From: Actinomycetota bacterium
Lineage (GTDB): Bacteria > Actinomycetota > Actinomycetes > Nanopelagicales > Nanopelagicaceae
Length of the DNA: 56,117 bases
Assembly: GCA_029978465.1 (NCBI GenBank)
Contig: JAPOJK010000001.1
Location: 1 to 56,117 of the forward strand
Direction of reading: 5' to 3'
A model generated the notes under the pieces. It was given only the letters and a program-made list of their open reading frames with translations. It had not been told where the DNA came from and searched no databases. A program made the translations under genes and the position numbers. How positions within the stretch are numbered: position 1 is the first letter of the stretch; the number at the start of each line of letters is the position of its first letter. Positions 31,165 through 42,216 of this stretch are shown here, one piece after another.

Positions 31165-32604
31165 TTAGCGGTACGCGGGAACAACTCCACCAACAGCATC
31201 TCCTACGCGGTGAACACGCATAGCGTTGGTTGAGCCTGGAATTCCTGGAGGTGAACCGGCAACGATCACTACATTTTCACCTTCATGTGCGCGACCTGAT
31301 TGAATTAATAAGGTATCTGCCTGCTTCACCATCTCATCGGTGTGCTTAACCATTGGAGTTACTTCAGGTTCTACTCCCCATGAAAGCGCTAAACGGTTAT
31401 ATGTACCGACTTCAGGTGTAAAGGCAACGATAGGAATTGGTGAACGCAAACGTGCCATCCGGCGAGCTGAATCACCTGATTGAGTAAAGGTAACTAAGTA
31501 CTTAGCACCAACAATTGCGCCTACTTCAGCTGCTGCACGAGTAATTGCGCCACCCTTTGTCTTTGGAGTTGTTCGTAATGCACGGATCATCTCAAAGCCA
31601 CCTTCTTCGGTACGAGCAATGATGCGAGCCATTGTCTTAACAGCTTCAATTGCAAAGGCGCCTACCGATGTTTCACCTGACAACATCAACGCATCGGCAC
31701 CATCAAGTACCGCATTGGCACAATCTGTTGCTTCTGCACGTGTTGGAGATGAGTTAGTAATCATTGAATCCAACATCTGAGTTGCAACGATTACAGGCTT
31801 TGCAGCTTCACGTGCTAACTCAATACAACGCTTTTGAACTAGTGGAACCTCCTCAATAGGAAGCTCTACACCAAGATCACCACGAGCAACCATGATGCCA
31901 TCAAAGGCAGCAACGATTTCTTCAAGATTTTCTACCGCTTGTGGCTTTTCAATCTTTGCAATTACCGGGATGCGGAAACCAACCTCATCCATGATCGCAT
32001 GCACATCCTTAATATCTGCAGCGTTACGAACAAATGAGAGTGCGATGAAATCAGCACCAGCTCGAAGTCCCCAACGAAGATCCTCTTTATCTTTTTCAGA
32101 CAACGCTGGAACTGACACTGCAACACCAGGAAGGTTAATTCCCTTGTTGTTGCTGACCGCACCTGGCTGAATAACCTTAGTTACAACATCATTGCCCTTT
32201 ACTTCAACAACTTCGACAGTTACCTTGCCATCATCGATCAGAATGCGATCTCCTGGCTTGCAATCTCCCGGTAAACCTTTATAGGTAGTACCAACGCGCT
32301 CTTTAGTACCTTCAACCTCATCCACTGTTATTGTGAAAATGTCGCCACGTTCTAACTCATGTGGACCATTTGCAAAACGTGCTAAACGAATCTTTGGACC
32401 TTGTAGATCGACAAGAATTGCAACTGGTTGTCCCGCCGCCTTTGCCGCCTCACGAACACGGTCGAGGCGGTTTTGATGTTCATCGTAACCACCATGGGAA
32501 AGGTTTAAACGGGCCATATTCATGCCCGCTTCGATCAACTCCTTCACCTTTTCGGGAGATTCAACCGCTGGACCCATCGTGCACACAATCTTCGCTCTAC
32601 GCAT
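31165..32604 (-). CDS. pyk: pyruvate kinase
   Basis: KIVCTMGP, DLQGPKIR, IAKIEK, MVARGDLGVE, ATQMLDSM, MLSGETS. Confidence 0.99.
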   Translation of the reverse strand: MRRAKIVCTMGPAVESPEKVKELIEAGMNMARLNLSHGGYDEHQNRLDRVREAAKAAGQPVAILVDLQGPKIRLARFANGPHELERGDIFTITVDEVEGTKERVGTTYKGLPGDCKPGDRILIDDGKVTVEVVEVKGNDVVTKVIQPGAVSNNKGINLPGVAVSVPALSEKDKEDLRWGLRAGADFIALSFVRNAADIKDVHAIMDEVGFRIPVIAKIEKPQAVENLEEIVAAFDGIMVARGDLGVELPIEEVPLVQKRCIELAREAAKPVIVATQMLDSMITNSSPTRAEATDCANAVLDGADALMLSGETSVGAFAIEAVKTMARIIARTEEGGFEMIRALRTTPKTKGGAITRAAAEVGAIVGAKYLVTFTQSGDSARRMARLRSPIPIVAFTPEVGTYNRLALSWGVEPEVTPMVKHTDEMVKQADTLLIQSGRAHEGENVVIVAGSPPGIPGSTNAMRVHRVGDAVGGVVPAYR

Positions 32605-32613
32605 GTGCCTACC

Positions 32614-34068
32614 TTAAACCATGAGTGGGCGGTCAGTTGGCGCAATCGGTGAAGGAAGTTGTGTGCGCCCAGTGAGATATCTATCAACAGCTGCTGCTGC
32701 ACTACGTCCTTCAGCGATTGCCCACACGATCAATGATTGACCGCGTCCGGCATCGCCAGCAACAAAGATTCCTTCCTCTGTTGTTTGGAAGTTTTCATCA
32801 CGCTTGATATTTCCACGATCATCGAGCTGTACCTCTAGCTGAGAAATCAATGATGATTTTTCTGGACCAGTAAAACCCATCGCCATGAAAACAAAGTCAC
32901 AAGGAATCTCTTTTTCAGATCCAGGAACTCTTTCAAACTTTCCATTAACAAACTCTGTTTCCACAATCTTGATAGCGCGTAGATTTCCATTGCCATCCCC
33001 TAAGAACTCTTCAGTGCTGACAGAGAAGAGACGGTTGTCCTTTTCCTCATGTGCACTTGAAACACGATAAATCATTGGATACGTCGGCCATGGCTGAGTT
33101 GATGGTCGCTCATCACTTGGGCGAGGCATGATCTCAAGTTGAGTAACACTTGCAGCGCCTTGACGGATCGAGGTTCCTAAACAATCCGCACCGGTATCTC
33201 CACCACCAAGAATGACCACATGCTTACCAGCAACATTAATTGGTGGAGTTTCAACCTCACCTAACGCCTGCTTGTTACCCCAAGGCAAAAACTCCATCGC
33301 CTGATAGATGCCCTTGTTTTCGCGACCCTTGATCGGAAGGTCACGCCATTGCGTTGAACCAACAGCTAAAACAACCGCGTCATACTTTTTACGAAGATCA
33401 GATCCAGTTAATTCGGTACCAACATCAACACCTGGGCGAAAACGTGTTCCCTCTTTCTCCATCTGCTCTAACCGGCGATCAAGGATGTGCTTTTCCATTT
33501 TGAACTCTGGAATTCCGTAACGAAGTAATCCACCGATCTTGTCGGCACGCTCGTACACAGCAACTGTGTGACCTGCGCGCGTTAATTGTTGTGCTGCAGC
33601 AAGTCCTGCTGGACCTGAACCGATCACAGCAACTGTCTTGCCGGTAAGGCGATCTGGTGCCATTGGCTTTACCGTTCCAGCGCCAAAGGCCTCTTCAATT
33701 GTGCGAAGTTCAATCTGCTTGATTGTTACCGCATCACGGTTAATGCCGACAACACATGCGGTTTCACATGGAGCCGGACATAGACGACCGGTGAACTCTG
33801 GAAAGTTATTAGTTGCATGCAGGCGATCGATGGCTTCATCTTTATCGCCGCGGTACATCAAATCATTCCATTCAGGAATTAAATTTCCGAGTGGGCAACC
33901 ATTGTGGCAAAACGGAATACCGCAATCCATGCAACGTCCAGCTTGCTTTTGCAGATGCTCAAAGCTCTGTGGCTCATACACCTCACGCCAATCCTTGATG
34001 CGAACATCAACTGGTCGACGCTTTGGAGTTTCGCGTGGCGTTGTCATAAAACCCTTTGGATCAGCCAT
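32614..34068 (-). CDS. gltD: glutamate synthase small subunit; start at MADPKGF
   Basis: [37 protein letters not shown]. Confidence 0.98.
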   Translation of the reverse strand: MADPKGFMTTPRETPKRRPVDVRIKDWREVYEPQSFEHLQKQAGRCMDCGIPFCHNGCPLGNLIPEWNDLMYRGDKDEAIDRLHATNNFPEFTGRLCPAPCETACVVGINRDAVTIKQIELRTIEEAFGAGTVKPMAPDRLTGKTVAVIGSGPAGLAAAQQLTRAGHTVAVYERADKIGGLLRYGIPEFKMEKHILDRRLEQMEKEGTRFRPGVDVGTELTGSDLRKKYDAVVLAVGSTQWRDLPIKGRENKGIYQAMEFLPWGNKQALGEVETPPINVAGKHVVILGGGDTGADCLGTSIRQGAASVTQLEIMPRPSDERPSTQPWPTYPMIYRVSSAHEEKDNRLFSVSTEEFLGDGNGNLRAIKIVETEFVNGKFERVPGSEKEIPCDFVFMAMGFTGPEKSSLISQLEVQLDDRGNIKRDENFQTTEEGIFVAGDAGRGQSLIVWAIAEGRSAAAAVDRYLTGRTQLPSPIAPTDRPLMV

Positions 34069-37000
34069 TTGCTGCAACCTCCATCACTAATGCATCAACC
34101 GGTAAACCTTCACGTTCAGCACGCTCCATCGCGGCAAGTACACGTGCATAATCACGCGGCATGATTAATGAGATTCGAGCAACGCCCTTATCCCAATCCT
34201 TCAGAAGCGCTTGTGCAATCTCTGACCCTGTTTCGGCGAAGTACTTTGAGATGTGATCCTTCAGTACATCCTTTTGATCATCAGGAACTGCAAGCACATC
34301 AACCATATCTGCGTTGACATTTGCAGCATCTAAATCAAGAACGTAAGCACGTCCACCAGACATACCTGCTGCGATATTGCGACCTGTTCGACCAAGAACA
34401 ACAACTGTTCCACCGGTCATGTACTCGCAACCGTGGTCTCCAATACCCTCAACAATTGCTAGCGCACCAGAGTTACGAACACAGAAACGTTCTCCGACAA
34501 CACCACGAATAAAGATTTCGCCAGCTGTTGCACCGTAACCGATGACATTTCCGGCGATCACATTCTCTTGAGATGTGAAGGTTGCCTTTTCATCTGGACG
34601 AACAACTACTCGTCCGCCTGAAATACCCTTGCCAACATAATCATTGGAGTCTCCGTATAGACGGATTGCAACACCACGAGGAATAAATGCACCCAGTGAT
34701 TGACCAGCCGAACCATGCAAGGTGACATCAATTGTTCCGGCAGGTAAACCTTCTGCGCCGTACTTTCGTGTGACCTCTGCACCTAACATTGTTCCAACGG
34801 TGCGGTTAACGTTTCGTACAGGTAGATCGATCTTTACCGCTTCACCCTTTGTGAGTGCAGGTTGAGCAAGTTCAATCAAGGTGTTATCCAGCGCCGCAGC
34901 TAAACCATGATCCTGCTTGATGGTGTTGTGCAATGCGCTATCAACATCTGGGCGAACCAACAAAGGCTCAAGGTTTAATCCAGCTGCCTTCCAGTGATCA
35001 ACCGCCTTACGAGTATCTAGGTACTCGACATGACCGATCGCTTCTTGCAAAGTACGGAAACCAAGTTGGGCCAAGATTTCGCGAACCTCTTCTGCGATGT
35101 ACTCGAAGAAGGTTTCTACGAACTCTGGCTTACCGCTGAACTTCTTACGAAGTTCTGGGTTTTGTGTAGCAACTCCAACAGGACAGGTATCCAAGTGGCA
35201 CACACGCATCATGATGCAACCTGAAACTACAAGTGGTGCAGTTGCAAAGCCATACTCTTCTGCTCCAAGTAGCGCTGCAATAACAACATCTCGTCCAGTC
35301 TTTAATTGACCATCTGCCTGAACGACGATGCGATCACGTAAACCATTGAGCAACAATGTTTGCTGTGTCTCAGCTAAACCAAGTTCCCATGGAGCACCTG
35401 CATGCTTGAGTGATGTCAGCGGTGATGCACCTGTTCCACCATCGTGGCCAGAGATCAAAACAACATCAGCATGTGCCTTTGAAACACCTGCAGCAACAGT
35501 TCCAACGCCGACCTCTGCCACAAGTTTGACGTGAACACGTGCATTCTTATTTGCATTCTTTAAATCATGAATCAATTGAGCAAGATCTTCAATTGAGTAA
35601 ATATCGTGGTGTGGAGGTGGCGAAATCAAACCAACACCAGGTGTTGAGTAACGTGCCTTTGCAATCCATGGATATACCTTGTTACCAGGTAGCTGTCCAC
35701 CTTCACCAGGCTTTGCTCCCTGTGCAATCTTGATCTGAATGTCATCGCTGTTAACCAAGTAATTACTTGTTACACCAAATCGACCAGATGCAACCTGCTT
35801 AATTGCAGAACGCTTTGAATCACCATTTGCCATTGTGACAAAACGCTCAGGCTCTTCTCCGCCCTCACCAGTATTGGATTTTCCACCAATACGGTTCATT
35901 GCAATCGCTAAGGTCTCGTGTACCTCTGCTGACACAGATCCGTATGACATCGCACCAGTTGAGAATCGCTTAATAATCTCGCTGATTGGTTCGACTTCAT
36001 CAACTGAGATCGGTGGGTTTACGCCATCTTTAAATTGGAACAAACCACGCAAGGTCATAAGGCGCTTGCTCTGTTCGTTAACGCGATCTGTGTAGCGCTT
36101 GAAAACGTCGTAACGCTTATTGCGTGTTGAGTGCTGCAAGGTAAATACAGTCTCGGGATCAAATAGGTGAGGCTCGCCTTCGCGACGCCATTGGTACTCA
36201 CCACCGATTGGAAGACGCTTTGTTCCTGGAACTTCTCCCCCAGGTGGATAAGCGATGTGGTGACGGGCGATAGTTTCTTGTGCGATTACATCAAGAGAAA
36301 CTCCACCAAGACGAGATGTTGTTCCAACAAAGTATTCGTCGACAACCTCTTGAGAAAGACCGATCGCTTCAAAAACTTGTGCGCCTGTATATGAAGCGAT
36401 GGTGCTGATACCCATCTTGGACATCACCTTTAGCACGCCCTTACCGAGGCTCTTAATTAAATTCTTAACAGCCTTTTCAGGTGTGATTCCTGTGATGACA
36501 CCTTGGAGTACTAGATCCTCTGCTGACTCCATTGCAAGGTATGGATTAACACATGCTGCGCCATAACCAATCAAAAGCGCAACGTGGTGAACCTCGCGAA
36601 CATCTCCGGCTTCGACTACTAAACCAACCTTTGTTCGTGTCTTTTCGCGGATCAAATGGTGGTGAACAGCAGAGGTCAGAAGGAGTGATGGAATCGGTGC
36701 GTTCTCTGCATCACCATCGCGGTCTGATAAAACAATGATGCGAGCACCATCATTAATCGCCTGCGAGACTTCTGCTTTGATTTCATTGAGACGTTCGCGT
36801 AATGAGTCTCCCCCATCGGCGATGCTAAATAATCCGCGGACTACATAGGCACTTAATCCTGGATGATCTCCATCTGCGTTAACGTGAATGATCTTTGCAA
36901 GCTCATCATTATCAATAACCGGGAAAGCTAATGAAATCTGCCGGCAGCTGCTTGGGCCGGGATCGAGCAGGTTGTGCTCAGGTCCCATTGAAGTTCCAAG

Positions 37001-38578
37001 ACTTGTAACTAACTCTTCACGGATCGCATCAAGTGGTGGATTAGTAACCTGTGCAAATAGTTGTGAGAAGTAATCAAAGATCAAACGTGGCTTTTCAGAA
37101 AGGGCGGCGATAGGAGTATCTGTTCCCATCGAACCAAGTGGTTCCATACCGTTCTTTGCCATCGGTGTTACCAAAATGCGTAGATCTTCTTCGGTGTAAC
37201 CAAATGCGCGTTGACGACGAACAACAGATGAGTGCGGATACACAATGTGTTCGCGTGCAGGAAGTTCGCTTAACTTGATGATGCCTGCATGTAACCAATC
37301 TCCATATGGAGCAGCATTTGCTAAACCATCTTTAATTTCGCCATCTTCAATAATGCGTCCTTGTTCAATATCAACTAAGAACATCTTGCCAGGTTGTAAG
37401 CGACCCTTACGTTCTACATTTTCAGCTGGGATATCTAAAACGCCAACCTCAGATGCAAGTACAACCATTCCATCCTTTGTAACCCAGTAACGAGATGGAC
37501 GTAAACCATTGCGATCAAGTACTGCGCCTACTTGATGACCATCTGTGAAAGTTACACAAGCAGGACCATCCCAAGGCTCCATCATCGATGCATGGAAGGC
37601 GTAAAAATCACGACGGTTCTGCGGCATCGTTGCATGGTTCTCCCACGCTTCAGGAATCATCATCAGCACTGCGTGCGGAAGTGAACGTCCACCCAAGTAC
37701 AAAAGCTCCAGTACTTCATCAAACGAAGCAGAGTCAGAGCCTGACATTTCAACGATTGGGAATAAGCGCTTGAGATCTCCAGGAATTACATCGCTTTGCA
37801 ATAAGGATTCGCGAGCGCGCATCCAATTGCGATTTCCCTTAACGGTATTGATTTCGCCGTTATGTGCAATAAATCGGTAAGGGTGAGCAAGTGGCCATGA
37901 AGGAAAGGTATTTGTAGAAAAACGTGAGTGAACCAGCGCAAGCGGTGAAACAACTCGCTCATCTGAAAGCTCTGGGAAAAACTCTTCGAGCTGACCTGTT
38001 GTAAGCATTCCCTTGTACACAATTGTCTGAGATGACAAAGAAGGGAAGTACAGATCCAATCCATGCTCAGCACGCTTGCGCAAACAAAAAGCTAGTCGAT
38101 CCAATGCAATTCCGGTCTCGCCCTTTTTGCCTGCAATAAATAGTTGGTGGAAATCTGGCATAACCGACAAGGCGGTCTTTCCAAGAGATGATGGGTTAAT
38201 CGGAACTTCGCGCCACCCTAGAACAACTAGACCTTCTTCATCAGCTAACTTTTCGATTTCGCCCTTTACATCTGCACCCTTAGCGATAAATGCAATACCA
38301 GTTGCATACGCATCTGCCGCTGGAAGTTTGAAATCAACTACCGCTTGAAAGTATGCATCTGGAATACGAATAAGAATTCCCGCACCATCACCGCTATCTG
38401 GTTCAGCACCTGATGCACCGCGGTGCTCCATATTGCGTAAAGCGGTGAGCGCTTGAGAAACAATGTGATGTGTCGCAACCTTGTTGAGTGTGGCAACCAT
38501 TGCAACGCCGCAGGCATCATGTTCGGCGGCAGGATCGTAGAGTCCCTGTGCTTGTGGATAATTGGATGCAAGTGCCAT
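34061..38578 (-). CDS. gltB: glutamate synthase large subunit
   Basis: EHDACGV Ntn Cys, [31 protein letters not shown] 3Fe-4S motif, GXGXG repeats. Confidence 0.99.
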   Translation of the reverse strand: MALASNYPQAQGLYDPAAEHDACGVAMVATLNKVATHHIVSQALTALRNMEHRGASGAEPDSGDGAGILIRIPDAYFQAVVDFKLPAADAYATGIAFIAKGADVKGEIEKLADEEGLVVLGWREVPINPSSLGKTALSVMPDFHQLFIAGKKGETGIALDRLAFCLRKRAEHGLDLYFPSLSSQTIVYKGMLTTGQLEEFFPELSDERVVSPLALVHSRFSTNTFPSWPLAHPYRFIAHNGEINTVKGNRNWMRARESLLQSDVIPGDLKRLFPIVEMSGSDSASFDEVLELLYLGGRSLPHAVLMMIPEAWENHATMPQNRRDFYAFHASMMEPWDGPACVTFTDGHQVGAVLDRNGLRPSRYWVTKDGMVVLASEVGVLDIPAENVERKGRLQPGKMFLVDIEQGRIIEDGEIKDGLANAAPYGDWLHAGIIKLSELPAREHIVYPHSSVVRRQRAFGYTEEDLRILVTPMAKNGMEPLGSMGTDTPIAALSEKPRLIFDYFSQLFAQVTNPPLDAIREELVTSLGTSMGPEHNLLDPGPSSCRQISLAFPVIDNDELAKIIHVNADGDHPGLSAYVVRGLFSIADGGDSLRERLNEIKAEVSQAINDGARIIVLSDRDGDAENAPIPSLLLTSAVHHHLIREKTRTKVGLVVEAGDVREVHHVALLIGYGAACVNPYLAMESAEDLVLQGVITGITPEKAVKNLIKSLGKGVLKVMSKMGISTIASYTGAQVFEAIGLSQEVVDEYFVGTTSRLGGVSLDVIAQETIARHHIAYPPGGEVPGTKRLPIGGEYQWRREGEPHLFDPETVFTLQHSTRNKRYDVFKRYTDRVNEQSKRLMTLRGLFQFKDGVNPPISVDEVEPISEIIKRFSTGAMSYGSVSAEVHETLAIAMNRIGGKSNTGEGGEEPERFVTMANGDSKRSAIKQVASGRFGVTSNYLVNSDDIQIKIAQGAKPGEGGQLPGNKVYPWIAKARYSTPGVGLISPPPHHDIYSIEDLAQLIHDLKNANKNARVHVKLVAEVGVGTVAAGVSKAHADVVLISGHDGGTGASPLTSLKHAGAPWELGLAETQQTLLLNGLRDRIVVQADGQLKTGRDVVIAALLGAEEYGFATAPLVVSGCIMMRVCHLDTCPVGVATQNPELRKKFSGKPEFVETFFEYIAEEVREILAQLGFRTLQEAIGHVEYLDTRKAVDHWKAAGLNLEPLLVRPDVDSALHNTIKQDHGLAAALDNTLIELAQPALTKGEAVKIDLPVRNVNRTVGTMLGAEVTRKYGAEGLPAGTIDVTLHGSAGQSLGAFIPRGVAIRLYGDSNDYVGKGISGGRVVVRPDEKATFTSQENVIAGNVIGYGATAGEIFIRGVVGERFCVRNSGALAIVEGIGDHGCEYMTGGTVVVLGRTGRNIAAGMSGGRAYVLDLDAANVNADMVDVLAVPDDQKDVLKDHISKYFAETGSEIAQALLKDWDKGVARISLIMPRDYARVLAAMERAEREGLPVDALVMEVAANG

Positions 38579-38585
38579 GGGCGCG

Positions 38586-38659
38586 CTCCTACGGATTTGT
38601 CCTTACATGTAAAGGGACATCCTTGGCCCGTGATGCTCACTGCTTAGGGCGAAATCGTA
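38586..38659 (-). promoter_or_regulatory. gltB promoter (-10 TACGAT at 38654-38659) and structured 5' leader
   Basis: -10 hexamer, alternative hairpins and AGGAG SD at 38586-38590. Confidence 0.55.
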
Positions 38660-38675
38660 GCAATAAGAGGGCTAC

Positions 38676-39383
38676 TTAGAGCCCTGAGATGTTGGCTATC
38701 TTTCCAATTCCTGCGGTGATCGCCATACCCAGGGTGCCACCAAAGAGTACGCGCAAGGTTGGAGAGAGCAGCTTTGAGCCTGCGGTTCGTGCTGAAACAA
38801 CGCCGGTAAGCACTAATCCCCCGAGGGTAAAGCCAACGATGCTCCACGCTTTGGTTCCAAGGGTTGGGGCAAAAGCGCCGGCAAATGGAATCAAACCACC
38901 CAAGGTGAAGGAGATTGCAGATGCAACCGCTGCCTGCACTGGTCGTGCCTTTGTGTTGGGGTGTTGACCAAGTTCATCACGAAGATGCGCTTCCAGCGGA
39001 TCTTTGCGATGCATTTCAAGTGCAACCTGCAAAGCAAGTGCTGGAGTTAAGCCGCGTTCAATGTAAATCTGCTGAAGCTCTTGAAGCTCTGCCTCTGGAT
39101 CTGCTGCAAGGTGAGCGATTTCAATTAAGCGATCTGACTCTTCAATATCATTTTGAGAACGAACTGAGATGTACTCACCAACCGCCATCGACATTGCACC
39201 TGCGGTTATTCCAGCAACGCCTGCGGTAATCAGAAAATCCTGTTTTCCTGCCGCTGCTACACCGATCATTAAAGCTGCCGTAGAAACGAGGCCATCATTT
39301 GCACCAAGGACCGCAGCACGAAGCCAACCTGCACGATGGGTGCGGTGTTCTAGATTTCTTTGGTAGACCTCTTCCAAACTCAT
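38676..39383 (-). CDS. VIT1/CCC1 family Fe/Mn transporter
   Basis: WLRAAVLGANDGLVS, AMSMAVGEYISV, Glu-rich loop; TAGGCT-N7-ATG suggests leaderless expression. Confidence 0.95.
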   Translation of the reverse strand: MSLEEVYQRNLEHRTHRAGWLRAAVLGANDGLVSTAALMIGVAAAGKQDFLITAGVAGITAGAMSMAVGEYISVRSQNDIEESDRLIEIAHLAADPEAELQELQQIYIERGLTPALALQVALEMHRKDPLEAHLRDELGQHPNTKARPVQAAVASAISFTLGGLIPFAGAFAPTLGTKAWSIVGFTLGGLVLTGVVSARTAGSKLLSPTLRVLFGGTLGMAITAGIGKIANISGL

Positions 39384-39404
39384 GGAGGCCAGCCTACCTG
39401 AGTG

Positions 39405-40211
39405 TTATGCCGATTTTTTAGAGGCGCGAGCGAAATACAGCACAGCACCTGCGCCTACGAGCATGCTGACCCAGACATTGACCCGTAAACCAGCGATCGT
39501 GTTGGCGGTATCGATACGAATTAACTCAATGAAAAAACGTCCAAGACAGTAGGTAGCGACATAGAGCGCAAAGCTTTGTCCGGCTTTCAATCGATTTCCA
39601 AATTTAATAATGAGGACCGCAATCAGTGAACACCAGATTGCTTCATATAAAAATGTTGGATGAAATGATTCAAATTGTGAGAAGCCATTGGGGCGATATC
39701 GCATCGGAATCTCTACCGCCCACCATGAATCCAGGGGTTTTCCAAAGAGTTCTCCGTTAAACCAATTACCAAATCTTCCGATGGCTTGGGCAAATAAGAT
39801 TCCAGGAGCTAGTGCATCTGCGAAAACTGCAAATGATGGAAGTTCAAGAGTGCGAGCAAGTGATCTATAACGAAGGTATGCGCCTAACAATCCGATCGAT
39901 ATGGCACCCCAAATACCTAAGCCGCCCTCCCAAATTTTAAATGCATCAATGGGTTCGCCGCCTTTGCCAAAGTAAGCGTTAGGCGATGAGATCACATGAT
40001 AAATACGTCCACCGATAATTCCAGATGGCACTGCAACTATTGCAACCTCTGAAACAACAGATTGACCTTGTGCGGTTTTGTACTGGAAGCGTTTCCCACC
40101 TAACCAAATCGCTATTGCAATGCCGGTAATAATGCACAGTGCGTAATAGTGAATTGTTAAAGGACCAAGCTCCAGCACCGATTGTGCTGGAGTTGGAAAA
40201 GCGCGATTCAA
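39405..40211 (-). CDS. lgt: prolipoprotein diacylglyceryl transferase
   Basis: IGGRIYHV, WEGGLGIWGA, QAIGRFGNWFNGELFG, HPTFLYE. Confidence 0.97.
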   Translation of the reverse strand: MNRAFPTPAQSVLELGPLTIHYYALCIITGIAIAIWLGGKRFQYKTAQGQSVVSEVAIVAVPSGIIGGRIYHVISSPNAYFGKGGEPIDAFKIWEGGLGIWGAISIGLLGAYLRYRSLARTLELPSFAVFADALAPGILFAQAIGRFGNWFNGELFGKPLDSWWAVEIPMRYRPNGFSQFESFHPTFLYEAIWCSLIAVLIIKFGNRLKAGQSFALYVATYCLGRFFIELIRIDTANTIAGLRVNVWVSMLVGAGAVLYFARASKKSA

Positions 40212-40214
40212 AGT

Positions 40215-40922
40215 TTAAGCAGCCTCAACAGCGGCTTTGAACTCTTCAAGAGAAAACTCGTTTTGAGTGCGCTCCCACTTCTTGCCATTGATGAACACTG
40301 TAGGAGTTCCCTGAACACCAAACTTGCTCATTGAATCGTAGTTGGCCTTAACGATCTCGACCTTGGAACCCTTAGTTACGCAATCTGCAAAGGATTGAGA
40401 TGTAATGCCAATCTTCTTTCCGATGTTGACCAGAGTCTCATTGCTCCAGAAACCTGAGTTCTCGAGTGGTGACTGAACCGCGTACAAAGCGTGGTGGAAA
40501 TCGAGGTACTGGCCTTCATCTGCTGCACAGAATGAAGCGTTTGCAGCTCGAACTGATTCATCTCCAAGGAAGGAAAGTACGTGATAGCGAACAGTTGCCT
40601 TCTTTTCACGAATAAGAGATTCGATGTAATCGCCATTTGCATCTTCAAACAACTTACATATTGGGCACTGAGGATCTTCCCAAACATCAATCACTGTTAC
40701 CGCACCATTATCAAATGTGATTGGTGAGCCATTTGCTGTATCGATAGTTGATGTAATCGCTGGCTTTAGAGTGGTTCCATCCAAACCTGCAAGGGATGCG
40801 CTCTCTTTGCTGTTTTGACTAAAGAGTGAGAAAACAACTCCGGTAACTACAACAAGAAGGACCATTCCAATAACGATCCAGCGCGTTGTGTTATCTGTGC
40901 TCTTTGCCGCTTGCTTTGCCAT
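40215..40922 (-). CDS. membrane-anchored DsbA-family thiol-disulfide oxidoreductase
   Basis: N-terminal TM helix, EDPQCPIC CxxC, GTPT cis-Pro loop. Confidence 0.92.
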   Translation of the reverse strand: MAKQAAKSTDNTTRWIVIGMVLLVVVTGVVFSLFSQNSKESASLAGLDGTTLKPAITSTIDTANGSPITFDNGAVTVIDVWEDPQCPICKLFEDANGDYIESLIREKKATVRYHVLSFLGDESVRAANASFCAADEGQYLDFHHALYAVQSPLENSGFWSNETLVNIGKKIGITSQSFADCVTKGSKVEIVKANYDSMSKFGVQGTPTVFINGKKWERTQNEFSLEEFKAAVEAA

Positions 40923-40924
40923 TA

Positions 40925-41419
40925 TTACTCCTCGATTGGTTGAGCTGCTTTTTCAAAACTGAGTTTTCCGTATGGGAAAAGGTATAGATAAAGCGCGGTG
41001 AGCGCCAAGCCCAAATCCCGCATGATTTCTGTGAAATAGGCGCGATGAACCTGCGACTTCAGAGATGGATCGATTTCGCCGCCTCCACCGAAGCATCCAC
41101 AGTCGATTAATAGGCCACGAGCCCACACTGAGGCAATTGCTGCGATAAAGATAACCATGATGATTCCGCTAAAGATTGCGGAGTATCGGACCATGATTCC
41201 AAGAATGAGTAACAAACCGATTGCAACTTCAACCCAAGGCAATGCATATCCAACGAGGTGCGCTAAATCAGTTGGCAAAATTTTGTAAGCAGCGGTTGCA
41301 TTGGCAGATTCAGTTGGTTTGGTGACCTTTAATCCACCAGCAACAAGCAAAACTCCGCCCAGCAATAAACGGCCAAGGAGTGTGATCCATGGTTGATTCT
41401 TTACAAGGAAACTCTTCAT
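40925..41419 (-). CDS. MauE/DoxX-family membrane protein
   Basis: RLLLGGVLLVAGGLK, LPWVE, IDCGCFG, RD motif; about four TM helices. Confidence 0.88.
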   Translation of the reverse strand: MKSFLVKNQPWITLLGRLLLGGVLLVAGGLKVTKPTESANATAAYKILPTDLAHLVGYALPWVEVAIGLLLILGIMVRYSAIFSGIIMVIFIAAIASVWARGLLIDCGCFGGGGEIDPSLKSQVHRAYFTEIMRDLGLALTALYLYLFPYGKLSFEKAAQPIEE

Positions 41420-42216
41420 CGACCCTCACGAACTCCTAGCGCAAGCTCCTTAGCTAAATGCGAGATCGCATCCAACCCTTCTTGTTCAGTTTTTGCCGCA
41501 AGAAGTAGTTTGATAAATGCAGAACCAACGATGACACCATCGGCGTAGGCAGCAAGGGATTTAGCCTGCTCGCGTGTTGAAACACCTAAACCAACTGAGA
41601 TCGGAAGATCGGTCACTGTGCGCACGCGTGAGACCAGGTTGCTGGCATCGGTTGAGACGCTGGTGCGAGTTCCAGTTACCCCCATCAAACTTGCCGCATA
41701 CACAAAGCCACCAGTCTTGGCGGTTACGGCAGCGAGGCGGGCATCATTAGTACTTGGTGCAACTACATAAATTGGATTGATGCCTACCTTGCTAGTTGCC
41801 GCTAACCAACGATCTGACTCTTCAATTGTTAGATCTGGGGTAATGACACCTGATCCCCCGTTATCGGCGATGGATTGAGCAAACTCATTTACGCCATACC
41901 GTTCAATTGGATTCCAGTAGGTCATCACAACGGCAGCTACACCAGTATCGGTTGCAACCTTAAGTGCTGCGAAAACATCTGCGGCGTTTGTTCCACCTTT
42001 CAATGAAATGTCCGCCGCCTCTTGAATTACAGGACCATCCATCACTGGGTCGCTATAAGGAAAACCGATTTCAATCGCATCAACACCCGCTGCTGCAAGT
42101 GCTTGAATCGCCTTGGCACATCCTTGCTGTGAAGGAAAACCCGCTGGAATGTAAGCAATAAGTGCTGCGCGATTTTCTGCACGGACCTTTGCCATGACTG
42201 AATCGAGTTGAGTCAT
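41416..42216 (-). CDS. trpA: tryptophan synthase alpha chain
   Basis: EIGFPYSDPVMDGPVIQ, MTYWNP, GVTG, DGVIVGSA. Confidence 0.98.
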   Translation of the reverse strand: MTQLDSVMAKVRAENRAALIAYIPAGFPSQQGCAKAIQALAAAGVDAIEIGFPYSDPVMDGPVIQEAADISLKGGTNAADVFAALKVATDTGVAAVVMTYWNPIERYGVNEFAQSIADNGGSGVITPDLTIEESDRWLAATSKVGINPIYVVAPSTNDARLAAVTAKTGGFVYAASLMGVTGTRTSVSTDASNLVSRVRTVTDLPISVGLGVSTREQAKSLAAYADGVIVGSAFIKLLLAAKTEQEGLDAISHLAKELALGVREGR

